Shown piece by piece: positions 9,726-21,480 of a stretch of 64,000 bases of DNA. The stretch is from contig JANYDA010000048.1 in the NCBI GenBank assembly GCA_025360005.1, forward strand, positions 78,048 to 142,047. Reading direction: 5' to 3'. The notes under the pieces are model-generated. The model ran no database searches, was not told where the DNA came from, and worked only from the letters and a program-made list of their open reading frames with translations. Each line of letters starts with the position of its first letter. The stretch's first letter is position 1. The stretch comes from Fibrobacteria bacterium (GTDB lineage Bacteria > Fibrobacterota > Fibrobacteria > UBA11236). A program made the position numbers and the translations under genes.

Positions 9726-11099
9726 ATGGTCGTCACAGCGATGTCGAAGATTTTCCACAGCCTCCGCTTCCAGCTTCCCGCCGTGGTGCTGAGCGTGTTC
9801 GTGGGCATACTTTTCCTGCTGATGTTGTTCTTCCACGAAATGACCGGCATTTTGGTCAAGACCCGCCAATTGGCGGAATCGGCGGAGATCAACGACTACG
9901 TGGCCAGTTGGCTCACGAATCTCTCTTCCAGCGCCCGCGAGCGGACCAAGCTGATGTCCCTGGGGAACGAGAGCTACCTACGTACCTTCCAGGTTACCCT
10001 GAACGAAGTCAACGATCTATACCGGGAGATCGAGCGCATCGGGCCGGATACCGCGGCCGCTTCCACCCAGCAATTGCGCGCCCTGCACGACAAGCATCTG
10101 GAGTACATGGAGCTGCTGGACGGATTCGCCAAGGACCAGACCATCCGCATGCTTTCCAGCCGCGCGCAGGCCGCGGCCCTCCCCGCGCCTCCCCCGGAAA
10201 TCCCCGCGCCCGTCCCCGTCCCCGTGCGTAAGGCCCGCGGCTTCGGCAAACGCGGGCGCATGGCCGCCAAGGCGCCTCCCGCGGGCGGAAAGGGCGCCGG
10301 ATATCACGGCCGCACCGCCGCTAAAGCCGGTCCCCGCGGGCATAAGGCGTTCCCGCGCGAAGGGAGGATCGTCCTGCGCAAGTTCGAGCCTTTGCCTTCG
10401 TCGGCGGGGGTGGAGGCAAGCAAGCAGATCGAATTGGATTCGGCCACCAACGAGACCTTCAAGGCGTATGAGCAGACCCTCCGGGAAGGGCTCTACCTTT
10501 CGCAGGAAACCATGCGGGGCGAACGCAAGGAAAAGCTGAACGGCCTGCGGAATTCCGTCGGCCGCGCCAAAGATCGCCTCATCTATTCTCTCCTGCTGCT
10601 GCTGGCCATGGTGGGCTACGTGGCCGTTATATTGAAGTGGAAAATCCTCGATCCCATGAAGAGCCTTGAGCAAGGTGCCATGGAAATAGGGAAGGGATCC
10701 CTGGGGTACCAGGTGAACGTGGCTTCCCGCAACGAAATCGGGGAGTTGGCGGACGTGTTCAACCGCATGTCCGTGCAACTGGATGAGAAGCGGAACGCGG
10801 AGATGCGGCTGCGGCGCCTGGAAGCAATCGAGCAGATTGTGCGGAGCGTGAACCATGAGATCAACAATCCGCTCATGATCATCAGCGGCAACGCGGAATA
10901 CCTGTTGGCCCTCATGGAAGGCGCGGACGAAGGGCTCAAGACCAAGTTGTACGCCATTGTGGCGGAGGTGCGCCGCATCTTCATGGTGACCCAGCGGCTC
11001 AAGGAAATCAAGGAGCCGGTGACTGAGGATTATATCGGCGCTCAGGATCAGATGATCGATTTGCTGCGCTCCAGCCAAATCCGCCCGAGGGAGTTCTGA
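9726..11099 (+). CDS. Membrane sensor with HAMP and HisKA (DHp) domains but no HATPase domain
   Basis: Two TM helices, HAMP (RNEIGELADVFNRM), H-box VNHEINNPL; protein ends about 80 aa after the His with no N/G boxes. Confidence 0.85.
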   Translation: MVVTAMSKIFHSLRFQLPAVVLSVFVGILFLLMLFFHEMTGILVKTRQLAESAEINDYVASWLTNLSSSARERTKLMSLGNESYLRTFQVTLNEVNDLYREIERIGPDTAAASTQQLRALHDKHLEYMELLDGFAKDQTIRMLSSRAQAAALPAPPPEIPAPVPVPVRKARGFGKRGRMAAKAPPAGGKGAGYHGRTAAKAGPRGHKAFPREGRIVLRKFEPLPSSAGVEASKQIELDSATNETFKAYEQTLREGLYLSQETMRGERKEKLNGLRNSVGRAKDRLIYSLLLLLAMVGYVAVILKWKILDPMKSLEQGAMEIGKGSLGYQVNVASRNEIGELADVFNRMSVQLDEKRNAEMRLRRLEAIEQIVRSVNHEINNPLMIISGNAEYLLALMEGADEGLKTKLYAIVAEVRRIFMVTQRLKEIKEPVTEDYIGAQDQMIDLLRSSQIRPREF

Positions 11100-11671
11100 T
11101 GCGGTCCGGTTCCCAGCCCGGGCGGGCCGCCATAAGCGCCTGCCTGCCTGTGCTGGCCGCGGCGATGCTGATAGGCTGCGCGGCATCCAAAAAGGAACCC
11201 CCTTCCGTTGCCGAGGAAGCCCGGGCGCCGATGGACCGCCTGCTGGGACGCATGGTCTCCAAGGGCGAACTGGAGAAGGCGCAACGCACGGCGGACAGTC
11301 TGATGGCCTCCAAGGATCCCGCGGACCGCGAGATCGCCGCCTACTGGAAGGTGGTGACCTGGCTATGCCGCGACGAAACCGATTCCGCCCTGGCGTTGCT
11401 GGAGACGAACCAAGGCAAGTGGACCGGCGGACTTCGCAAGGTACATGCCGCCTTGTTCCTGAGCCTGGCCCGCGAGGCCAGCCAGAACCGCGCCGCCGGC
11501 CGCGCCCGCCAGAATGAGCCCGCCCGCCCGATCCCGCCGGACAAGGCCTTGCAGGAACGGATCGAATCGCTCCAGAAGGAAACCGGCGATCTGCGCGTCG
11601 AGAACTCCCGCCTGGAATCCGAAAAGGAAAAGTACCAGAAGCTTTTGAATGACCTTGAGACTATTCGGTAG
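11099..11671 (+). CDS. Lipoprotein with C-terminal coiled coil (QseG/YfhG-like by architecture)
   Basis: Lipobox LIGC, TGATG overlap with the upstream sensor, C-terminal ERIESLQKE...LLNDLETIR. Confidence 0.65.
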   Translation: MRSGSQPGRAAISACLPVLAAAMLIGCAASKKEPPSVAEEARAPMDRLLGRMVSKGELEKAQRTADSLMASKDPADREIAAYWKVVTWLCRDETDSALALLETNQGKWTGGLRKVHAALFLSLAREASQNRAAGRARQNEPARPIPPDKALQERIESLQKETGDLRVENSRLESEKEKYQKLLNDLETIR

Positions 11672-11678
11672 GCCCATA

Positions 11679-11738
11679 GGGGTAAAAGGCGAAGTTCAAA
11701 ATATTGCCCTTTGCATTTTGCCCTTTGCCTTTTGAATT
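11679..11738. repeat. Inverted array of degenerate 7-bp tandem repeats
   Basis: Plus-strand units TTGCCCT TTGCATT TTGCCCT TTGCCTT TTGAATT (11704-11738) face minus-strand units TTGAACT TCGCCTT TTACCCC (11679-11699). Confidence 0.7.
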
Positions 11739-11768
11739 CTCCTTCCGCGACTACTACATTCCCCCTCC

Positions 11769-12899
11769 GTGGACGACATACGCACCGATCTCTTCAAATC
11801 CCTGCACCGCTTGGTCATCAAGGTGGGCACCAAGATCCTGGTGGGCGAGGACAACGCGCCTTCCTGGGAACAGCTCAACCATCTGGTGGCCCAGCTTTCC
11901 CTGCTGCACGATGAAGGCTATGCCGTGGTGCTGGTGACTTCCGGCGCCGTGGGGGTGGGCATGAGCATTCTGGGTTTTGAAACGCGGCCCAAGGAGTTGC
12001 CGGAGAAGCAGGCCTGCGCCGCTATCGGGCAAATCCGCCTGATGCACATGTATTCGGAGTCCTTCGCCAAACGCGGCAAGACGGTGGCGCAAATCCTCCT
12101 TTCCGGGGACGATTTCCGCGATCGCACGCGCTACAACAACATCCGCAAGACGGTGGGCACGTTGTTGGAGAAACGCGTCATCCCCATCATCAACGAGAAC
12201 GACACCATCACCACCGAAGAGATCAAGGTGGGCGACAACGACAAGCTCAGCGCGGACGTGGCCCATTTCCTGGAAGCCGATCTGCTGGTGATCCTTTCGG
12301 ACGAGGACGGCCTGTTTACCAAGAACCCCAAGTCCAATCCGGATGCCAAGGCCATCTCCGTGGTCCCGCGCATCACGGCCGAGATCCTGAAGCTGGCGGA
12401 AGAGAAGCCCGGATCCAAGGTGAGCGTGGGCGGCATGAAGGCCAAGCTGCTGGCCATCCGCCAGGCGACGGAAGCGGGAACGCCCGCGGTTCTGACGCGC
12501 GGCCATGGCGCGCGCCTGCTGGATCTGGTGAAAGGGAAAGCGCTGGGAACCCTATTCCTGCCCAACCCGGACAAGATAGGCCGGGACAAGCGCTGGCTGG
12601 CTTTCGTGTCCAAGGCGCGTGGCCAATTATTCCTGGACGAAGGCGGCGTCAAGGCGATGCGCACGCGTAAATCGAGCCTTTTACCCGCCGGCATCAGGGA
12701 CAGCAAGGGCACTTTCAAACCGGGCGATTTCGTGGAAGTGTGCGATCAGGCGGGCGACGTGATAGGCCGGGGACGTTCGGCGTATTCCTCGGCGGAAGTC
12801 CAATTGATCCGCGGCAGCAAGAGCAGCCGCATCGCGGAGCTATTGAACCGCAAGGGCCCGGACGAAGTGATCCACCGCGATCAACTGGTGATTTTTTAA
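11769..12899 (+). CDS. proB: Glutamate 5-kinase with PUA domain
   Basis: VIKVGT, SGAVGVG, PIINEND, GDNDKLSA, GGMKAKL, C-terminal PUA domain. Confidence 0.96.
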   Translation: MDDIRTDLFKSLHRLVIKVGTKILVGEDNAPSWEQLNHLVAQLSLLHDEGYAVVLVTSGAVGVGMSILGFETRPKELPEKQACAAIGQIRLMHMYSESFAKRGKTVAQILLSGDDFRDRTRYNNIRKTVGTLLEKRVIPIINENDTITTEEIKVGDNDKLSADVAHFLEADLLVILSDEDGLFTKNPKSNPDAKAISVVPRITAEILKLAEEKPGSKVSVGGMKAKLLAIRQATEAGTPAVLTRGHGARLLDLVKGKALGTLFLPNPDKIGRDKRWLAFVSKARGQLFLDEGGVKAMRTRKSSLLPAGIRDSKGTFKPGDFVEVCDQAGDVIGRGRSAYSSAEVQLIRGSKSSRIAELLNRKGPDEVIHRDQLVIF

Positions 12900-13055
12900 G
12901 CAACGGTAAGCAAACCACCGACAAGGCAGGCGGCACATGCCCGGGCCCCTTGCGGACGCCGGGCGTATTCCTTCGAGAATCCAAAATCTTCCCTGCAATC
13001 TCCAATCCGCTTGCGCGTGCGTTCCTTATCCTAAGGGTTCACCAAGGAGAGAGCC

Positions 13056-13844
13056 TTGCCGCGTTCCGTCCCGCGCCCGCCCGCCATCGTGGGCCACTGC
13101 CTGTTCGCCATCGCCTGTGCCGCCTTGGCGAGGCCATGCGCGGCATCCACGGCTTCCGCTTCCATGGACGGGCCTTGGATCACCATGTTCAATGGTGTAA
13201 ATCTGGAAGGCTGGAAAGGCGACATGTCGCATTGGCAGGTGGCGGACAGCGCCATCACGGCCAAGGGAAGCATCAGCTCCAATACCTTCCTGGTCTGGAA
13301 AACCCCCGAGAGCGATTTCGTGTTGGAAGCGGACGTGATGGTGCCGGGCGCGGGCGAAGCCAATACCGGCATCCAATTCCATTCGCAGGTGGTGGACTCT
13401 TCCAACACCGGTAAGACGCCCTGGAAAGTGTGCGGGCCCCAAGCGGATATCGGCCCGCAAAAGTTCGGGGCCCTATACGAAGAATGCACCGGACGCGTGG
13501 TGCCGCCGGATTCCTCCCATTGCCAGAAGGCAGGGACCCCCGACGGTTGGAACCATTATGAATTACGAGTGGATGGAAAGCACTGGAACCTGAAGATGAA
13601 CGGCGTGGAGTGCTTCGATTTCCAGGACAGCGCCAAAAGCAAACATCCGGCCGCGGGCGCCGTGGCCCTGCAATACCATGTGCCCGGCTTTCCGCTGTGG
13701 TTCAAGCATATGCGCATGAAGCGCATCAACCTGGCTTCCACCGCCATTGGGCCCGCGCCGCTCCGTCGCAGAGCGCGCGCGTATACCGGCAAGGCCGCGC
13801 TATACCGCTGGGACGGCAGGCGCGCGGGCCGCTCCCGATCCTAA
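13056..13844 (+). CDS. Secreted DUF1080 (3-keto-disaccharide hydrolase-like) protein
   Basis: W-x-x-x-FNG-x-x-L-x-GW, ANTGIQFHS, GPQADI, WNHYEL, GAVALQYH; AAGGAG RBS and signal peptide. Confidence 0.8.
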   Translation: MPRSVPRPPAIVGHCLFAIACAALARPCAASTASASMDGPWITMFNGVNLEGWKGDMSHWQVADSAITAKGSISSNTFLVWKTPESDFVLEADVMVPGAGEANTGIQFHSQVVDSSNTGKTPWKVCGPQADIGPQKFGALYEECTGRVVPPDSSHCQKAGTPDGWNHYELRVDGKHWNLKMNGVECFDFQDSAKSKHPAAGAVALQYHVPGFPLWFKHMRMKRINLASTAIGPAPLRRRARAYTGKAALYRWDGRRAGRSRS

Positions 13845-14063
13845 AAAGCCTTTCCCAAGGATACGGAAAGCAGAACACCGCTTCCGAACACGATGTTGAA
13901 CGCTTTCACGGCTTTATCCCTGGCAACGCTGCCGGCCGAAATGGAATAGTTCCTGCCGCCAAGCAATTGGAATACCCGCCGCATCTAATAATTACCCTGG
14001 AAAGTCCGGTTTCCCCGCGTCAACTTTGCGCGCCCGGCATTCCTGTATACATTTAGACGGATC

Positions 14064-15323
14064 ATGGACCACCTCACCGAATACGCCCGTCTCCTGGGCG
14101 AGAACGCCCGGGAAGCCTCCCGTCAATTGCGGACCCTCCCCCGAGCCAAACGCGACAGCGCGCTGAAAACGCTGGCGGCCTCCCTTATCGCCTCGCAAGC
14201 CGAGATCCTGGCCGAGAACTCCAAAGACCTGGAAGCCGGCAAGGCACGCGGCCTCTCCTCCGCCATGCTCGATCGCCTGCTCCTGACGCCGGCGCGCATC
14301 AAGGGCATCGTCGACAGCGTCAAGTCCATCGCCGCTTTCCCGGATCCGCTCGGCAAGGTTTTGGGCAAGCACAAGCGCAAGGACGGCCTCAAGATCTCCC
14401 GCGTCAGCGTGCCCATCGGCACCATCCTTTTCATTTTCGAATCGCGCCCCAACGTGACCATAGACGGGGGCGCGCTGTGCCTCAAGAGCGGCAATGCCGT
14501 GATCCTGCGGGGCGGCAAGGAGGCGGCGCATACCAATACCGTATTCGCGCGCCTGTTCCGGGCGGCTTTGAAGGCCAAGGGCATCGACGAACGCGCGGTG
14601 CAGCTGGTGGAAAAACCCGATCACGCCCTGGTCGATCTCCTGCTCACGGACGTGAAGCACGTGGATCTGGTGATCCCGCGCGGGGGCGAACGCTTGATCC
14701 AATCGGTGGTGGAGAAGGCGCGCATCCCGGTCATCAAGCATTACAAGGGCGTGTGCCATATCTATGTGGATAAAACCGCCGACATGCAGGCGGCCGAACG
14801 CATCGTGGTCAACGCCAAGGCCCAGCGCCCGGGCGTATGCAATGCCGTGGAAACCCTGCTCATCGACAAGCGCGTCAAGGCTCCGGCCGTCAAGCGCATC
14901 CTGGACGCCTTGGCGGAGCATAACGTGGAATTGCGCGGGGACGAGGCCATGCGGGCCCTGCATCCCGCGGTCATGCCCGCCTCGGAGTCCGACTGGGACG
15001 AGGAATACCTCGATCTCATCCTGGCCGTGAAGCAGGTGGACGGCGTGGAAGGCGCGATTGCGCATATCGATAAACACGGCACCGGCCACACGGACGCGGT
15101 GCTGGCCCAATCGGCCAAGGTGCAAAGGGCATTCCTGGCCGGCGTGGACAGCGCTTCCCTGATGGTCAACGCCTCCACCCGCTTCGCCGACGGATCCGAA
15201 TACGGGTTGGGCGCGGAGGTGGGCATCAGCACCGATAAGCTGCACGCGCGCGGGCCCATGGGCCTGGAAAGCCTGACTACCTACCGGTGGTTGGTGGAGG
15301 GCAAGGGCCATGTCCGGAAATAA
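14064..15323 (+). CDS. proA: Gamma-glutamyl phosphate reductase
   Basis: FESRPNVT, LRGGKEA, RPGVCNAVET, GAEVGISTDKLHARGPMGL. Confidence 0.97.
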   Translation: MDHLTEYARLLGENAREASRQLRTLPRAKRDSALKTLAASLIASQAEILAENSKDLEAGKARGLSSAMLDRLLLTPARIKGIVDSVKSIAAFPDPLGKVLGKHKRKDGLKISRVSVPIGTILFIFESRPNVTIDGGALCLKSGNAVILRGGKEAAHTNTVFARLFRAALKAKGIDERAVQLVEKPDHALVDLLLTDVKHVDLVIPRGGERLIQSVVEKARIPVIKHYKGVCHIYVDKTADMQAAERIVVNAKAQRPGVCNAVETLLIDKRVKAPAVKRILDALAEHNVELRGDEAMRALHPAVMPASESDWDEEYLDLILAVKQVDGVEGAIAHIDKHGTGHTDAVLAQSAKVQRAFLAGVDSASLMVNASTRFADGSEYGLGAEVGISTDKLHARGPMGLESLTTYRWLVEGKGHVRK

Positions 15324-15696
15324 ACCCGAGACCGAAGCGCTGCTGGCGCAGGTCAAGTTCGGCGCGGACGGCCTGGTCACGGCCGTGGCCATCGACGATG
15401 CGGACGGGCAGGTGCTGATGCTCGCGCATATGAACCGGGAGTCGCTGGCGCTCACCTTCGCCGACGGCTACATGACCTATTGGTCGCGCTCGCGGAAAAA
15501 GCTCTGGCTCAAGGGAGAAACCTCCGGCAACCGCCAGCGGGTGATGAGCGCCAGCCTGGATTGCGACGGCGACGCCCTGCTGTTCCGCGTGCGGCCGGAA
15601 GGCAATGGCGCCGCCTGCCACGAAGGCTATCGCACCTGCTTCTTCCGCCTCCGCAAGGACGGGGAGTGGGAGATCCAGGGGAAGCCGGTAGAGTGA
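15310..15696 (+). CDS. hisI: Phosphoribosyl-AMP cyclohydrolase
   Basis: YWSRSRKKLWLKGETSG, DCDGDALL, ACHEGYRTCFF. Confidence 0.96.
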   Translation: MSGNKPETEALLAQVKFGADGLVTAVAIDDADGQVLMLAHMNRESLALTFADGYMTYWSRSRKKLWLKGETSGNRQRVMSASLDCDGDALLFRVRPEGNGAACHEGYRTCFFRLRKDGEWEIQGKPVE

Positions 15697-15720
15697 GCGG
15701 AAAAATCCAAGATCTTTGCA

Positions 15721-15813
15721 AATTGAAAACCGCAAAACGGAAAACCGAAGAGCTTTTCGGCACTTTATAGCGAGAGAGGGCTTGCTCCCACCCTCAATTT
15801 TCAATTTTCAAAA
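15721..15813. repeat. Second inverted array of 7-bp tandem repeats
   Basis: AATTGAA AACCGCA AAACGGA AAACCGA (15721-15748) and CTCAATT TTCAATT TTCAAAA (15793-15813); AATTGAAAA and TTTTCAATT are reverse complements. Confidence 0.55.
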
Positions 15814-15817
15814 TCCC

Positions 15818-17331
15818 ATGATAAGCAATACAGAACCGGCCCTGAACCTTTGGGGCCATTGCACCCAGGCTTTTCTTTCCTCCCAGGGCTGGCATCCCGG
15901 CGATGACCGTCTGCTGCTCGCCGTTTCCGGCGGCGCCGATTCCATCGCTTTGCTGCATTGGGCCCGGCGCGCGACAGCTTTGTCCGGAGGCAGCCTGGCG
16001 GTAGCCCATGTCCATCACGGACTCCGTCCCTCCGCTACCGGTGAGCAGGACTTTGTAGCCGCCTTATGCCGCGATATGGAGATCCCGTTTCTGTCCCGCT
16101 CCCTGAACCCGGCCTCCCGGCCGCCTCGCGAGTCCGTGGAGATGTGGGCGCGCCGCGAACGCTATGCTTTCTTCGCCGAGGCCGCCGCCGCAGCCGGCGC
16201 CCGCTGGATCCTGACCGGCCATCATCGCGACGACCTGGTCGAAACCGTGTTCCAGCGCTTGGGGCGGGGAACGGGCCCGCGCGGACTGAAAGGTATTCCG
16301 TTCCGGCGCGGCAACATCGTCCGGCCCTTTCTCAACCGCAGCCGCGCCCAGATCCTGGACTACCTGCGCCTGTGCGGCGCGTCCTGGCGCGAGGATGAAT
16401 CCAACGCCGATATCCGCATCGACAGGAATGGGTATCGCCACCGTTACCTGCCCGCGCTGCGGTCGGCGGAACCGGACCTGGATGCGCGCATCCTGGCCAT
16501 GGCCCTGCGCCTGCAATCGCTGGGGGACGGCATTGATCGATTGGAAGGGGAGGCCGGATGGTTGCAATACGATGGGGAGGCCAAGCCATTCCTTTCCCGC
16601 GCGCCCATCGCCGCCGCAGCGGCGGCAGACGATTGGGAATCCCTGGAGTTCTGGCTGCGGAAACTGCTGCGCGCCGCCATTCCCAACCCCGATGCCGCGG
16701 GCTCAGTATCTGCGGGTTCCATACCCATGGGACATGCCGCCGCGCCATCCCTGGCCGTTACCAAAGGGATACTTCAGGAGTTCCGCCGCCAATGGCGGAC
16801 CGACCCCGTGAGACTGAGGGTTCCGCTCTCGGCAACGGCCGCATTGAAATGCGAAAATGGGGGGGTTTATTGCGTAAACCCGGTCGAGACAACCCTCAAG
16901 GGAGTGAGGCGGGCAAAAAAAGGCTGCTCGCCGCAAGTCCAAAGGGTTATACTGAATCAAGGCTGCGGCGAGGTTTCCTGGCAATGGGGAAACCGGACCT
17001 ATACATTGGCGGCGCGGCGGTATTCCCGGCCCCGGGAACTGGAATTCCCCGAGCCATGGGCAGGAAGGGCGATCTTTGATGCGGCACTCTTTTCTTGTAC
17101 ATTGGAGATACGAACTCGCGAGGACGGCGATCGCTTTTCCCCGTTGGGACTTCAAAGCCGTTCGCGAAAATTGAAAACATTTTTCAACGAGGAGAAGGTT
17201 CCGATCGGCGTGAGGGAAATACTCCCTTTAGTCCTCGGCGGCCGGATGGTCGCCTGGGTCCCCGGTCATGGGATATCCGATTTCTTCAAGGTCAGCGGAT
17301 CGACTTCTCACATCCTTGAGTTGGTGCTTAA

Positions 17332-17347
<16 letters not shown>
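15818..17347 (+). CDS. tilS: tRNA(Ile)-lysidine synthetase
   Basis: [10 protein letters not shown]-loop, HVHHGLR, ARRERY, TGHHRDD, WREDESN, TilS C-terminal domain. Confidence 0.93.
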
Positions 17348-19476
<2,129 letters not shown>

Positions 19477-19517
19477 TCCTTTAATCCTTTTTCCCCAGGC
19501 GGATCGCCGGTACCATC

Positions 19518-20522
19518 ATGAGTTTTCCGGACCCCGATCCCCCTCCCCCCTCTTCGACCGAACCGCAGCCGGCCCCTACAGGGGCCGGCTCGTTTTCCTT
19601 CCTGGCCCCCCCGGGGGCTTCCGTTTCCGAAGCGCCCCGCGCGGTTCCTCCCCACGGTTGGGATAAGCCCATCGCCCATGCCAAGCCGCGTCCCTGGTAC
19701 GCGGGTGACCGCGTCCTGGGCGGGGACAGGCCGCTCATCATGGGTATCCTCAACGTTACCCCGGATTCCTTCCATGACGGCGGCCGCCATGCGGGCGCGG
19801 ACCAAGCGGTGCGCCATGCCGCGGCCATGCTGGAGGCCGGCGCCGACATCATCGACATAGGCGGGGAATCCTCGCGGCCGGGCGCCGCATCCGTGCCGGA
19901 GGCCCAGGAACTGGCCCGCACGCTTCCCGCCGTGCGCGAAATTGTGAAGCGCTTCGGCTGCCCCGTCTCCATCGACACGGTCAAAGCCAACGTGGCCCGC
20001 GCCGCGCTGATGGAAGGCGCCTGCATCATCAACGATATCAGCGCCATGACGTTCGACCCGCTGATGCCGGAAGTGCCCAAGGCTTTCCGCGCGGGCGTGG
20101 TGCTGAACCATATCCGGGGCAGGCCCAGCGGCATGCAGGATGCTCCTTCCTACGGCAACGTGGTGGCGGACGTGGCGGCATTCCTGAAAGAACGCATCCA
20201 ACTCCTGGCGGCCATGGGGTTGGCCAAGGATCGTATCGCCGTGGATCCGGGCATCGGTTTCGGCAAGCGCCTGCAGGACAATTACCGCCTCATCGCGGAA
20301 TGCGAAACCTTGGATGCCTTGGGTTGCCCCATCCTGCTCGGCATGTCCCGCAAATCCTTCATCGGCAAGACGCCGGGGCTTCAGGATTCCGATCGCCTCT
20401 TTCCCAGCGTGGCCTTGGCCGTATTCGCCGCTCTCAAAGGCGTTTCCATCCTGCGTGTGCATGACGTACGGGAAACGCGCGAGGCCTTGGCCATGATCGC
20501 GGCGGTGCGCGGTCCGGGCTGA
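19518..20522 (+). CDS. folP: Dihydropteroate synthase
   Basis: MGILNVTPDSF, DIGGESSRPG, DPGIGFGK, GMSRKSF, LRVHDV; Pro-rich N-terminal extension. Confidence 0.96.
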   Translation: MSFPDPDPPPPSSTEPQPAPTGAGSFSFLAPPGASVSEAPRAVPPHGWDKPIAHAKPRPWYAGDRVLGGDRPLIMGILNVTPDSFHDGGRHAGADQAVRHAAAMLEAGADIIDIGGESSRPGAASVPEAQELARTLPAVREIVKRFGCPVSIDTVKANVARAALMEGACIINDISAMTFDPLMPEVPKAFRAGVVLNHIRGRPSGMQDAPSYGNVVADVAAFLKERIQLLAAMGLAKDRIAVDPGIGFGKRLQDNYRLIAECETLDALGCPILLGMSRKSFIGKTPGLQDSDRLFPSVALAVFAALKGVSILRVHDVRETREALAMIAAVRGPG

Positions 20523-20676
20523 ATTCCCTTGGCCGGGCACACCGCTCCTTCCCAGAAAAACCGCCCCCGGCCGCGGGGATTTCCAAGGCGGGGATTTTGA
20601 AGCACAGGGGAGTTTTCCGGATCGGGAACAGGAGTCGACCCGGAAGGATATTCAGGGAAAATGGTATACTCATAGG

Positions 20677-21480
20677 ATGGCGCCGGCTGATGCATGGATC
20701 GCGGAATATTGGGAACGCGGATTCGCGCGCGTAGCGGGCGTGTTCCCCCCCGGGGAAATAGCCGCTCTCTCCGCCGGCTTTGATGATATCCTGGCGCTTG
20801 GCCGCGACCTGACGGAAACGACCAAGCAGGGCCTGGCGGAATTCCGGGTCGTGCCCATCGCAGGCAAACCCACCTTGAAGTTCGCCAAATGGGCTTCCTC
20901 CATCCACGCCGGCCTCGATCGCTTCCGCACATCGCCGCGCCTGCTGTCCCTGGTGATGCGGGTGCTGGGCCCGGACCTGCGCCAGATCACCAACCAGATG
21001 CATTATAAGAATCCCGGCGACGGCGTGAGCTTCCAGATGCACCAGGATTGCGCCTTCCGCAAACCGGACGCCGCTTATCGCGATCTCTACCATTGCTTCC
21101 TGCAAGCCGCCATCGCGGTCGATCCCGCCACGCTTGAAAATGGTTGTTTGCAATTGGTACCGGGATCGCACCACGAAGCCAAGGCCCTCCTGGCAGGCGG
21201 CTATGAAGGGTGGGACGCGAACGGGAGCAACCAAAAGGTCCTCGATCGTTTTCCTTCCGCGGTCGCGGCCTTGATGGATCCCGGCGACGTTTTGCTCTGG
21301 AATCCATTCACCATCCACGGCTCCCAGCCCAATCGCAGCCCTTTCAGCCGGCGCGTGTACATCAACGGGTTCGCGCGCACGCGCGATTGTGATCACGGCG
21401 TGCCCGTGACCGTGGACGGCCAAGCGGTTCCTCTTGCGTACGGACCGGAAACCCGGTGGGACGTGGTTGAAGAGCGCTGA
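20677..21480 (+). CDS. Phytanoyl-CoA dioxygenase family (Fe(II)/2OG) protein
   Basis: HQD...IHGS facial triad, LQLVPGSH, R-R-x-Y motif. Confidence 0.88.
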   Translation: MAPADAWIAEYWERGFARVAGVFPPGEIAALSAGFDDILALGRDLTETTKQGLAEFRVVPIAGKPTLKFAKWASSIHAGLDRFRTSPRLLSLVMRVLGPDLRQITNQMHYKNPGDGVSFQMHQDCAFRKPDAAYRDLYHCFLQAAIAVDPATLENGCLQLVPGSHHEAKALLAGGYEGWDANGSNQKVLDRFPSAVAALMDPGDVLLWNPFTIHGSQPNRSPFSRRVYINGFARTRDCDHGVPVTVDGQAVPLAYGPETRWDVVEER

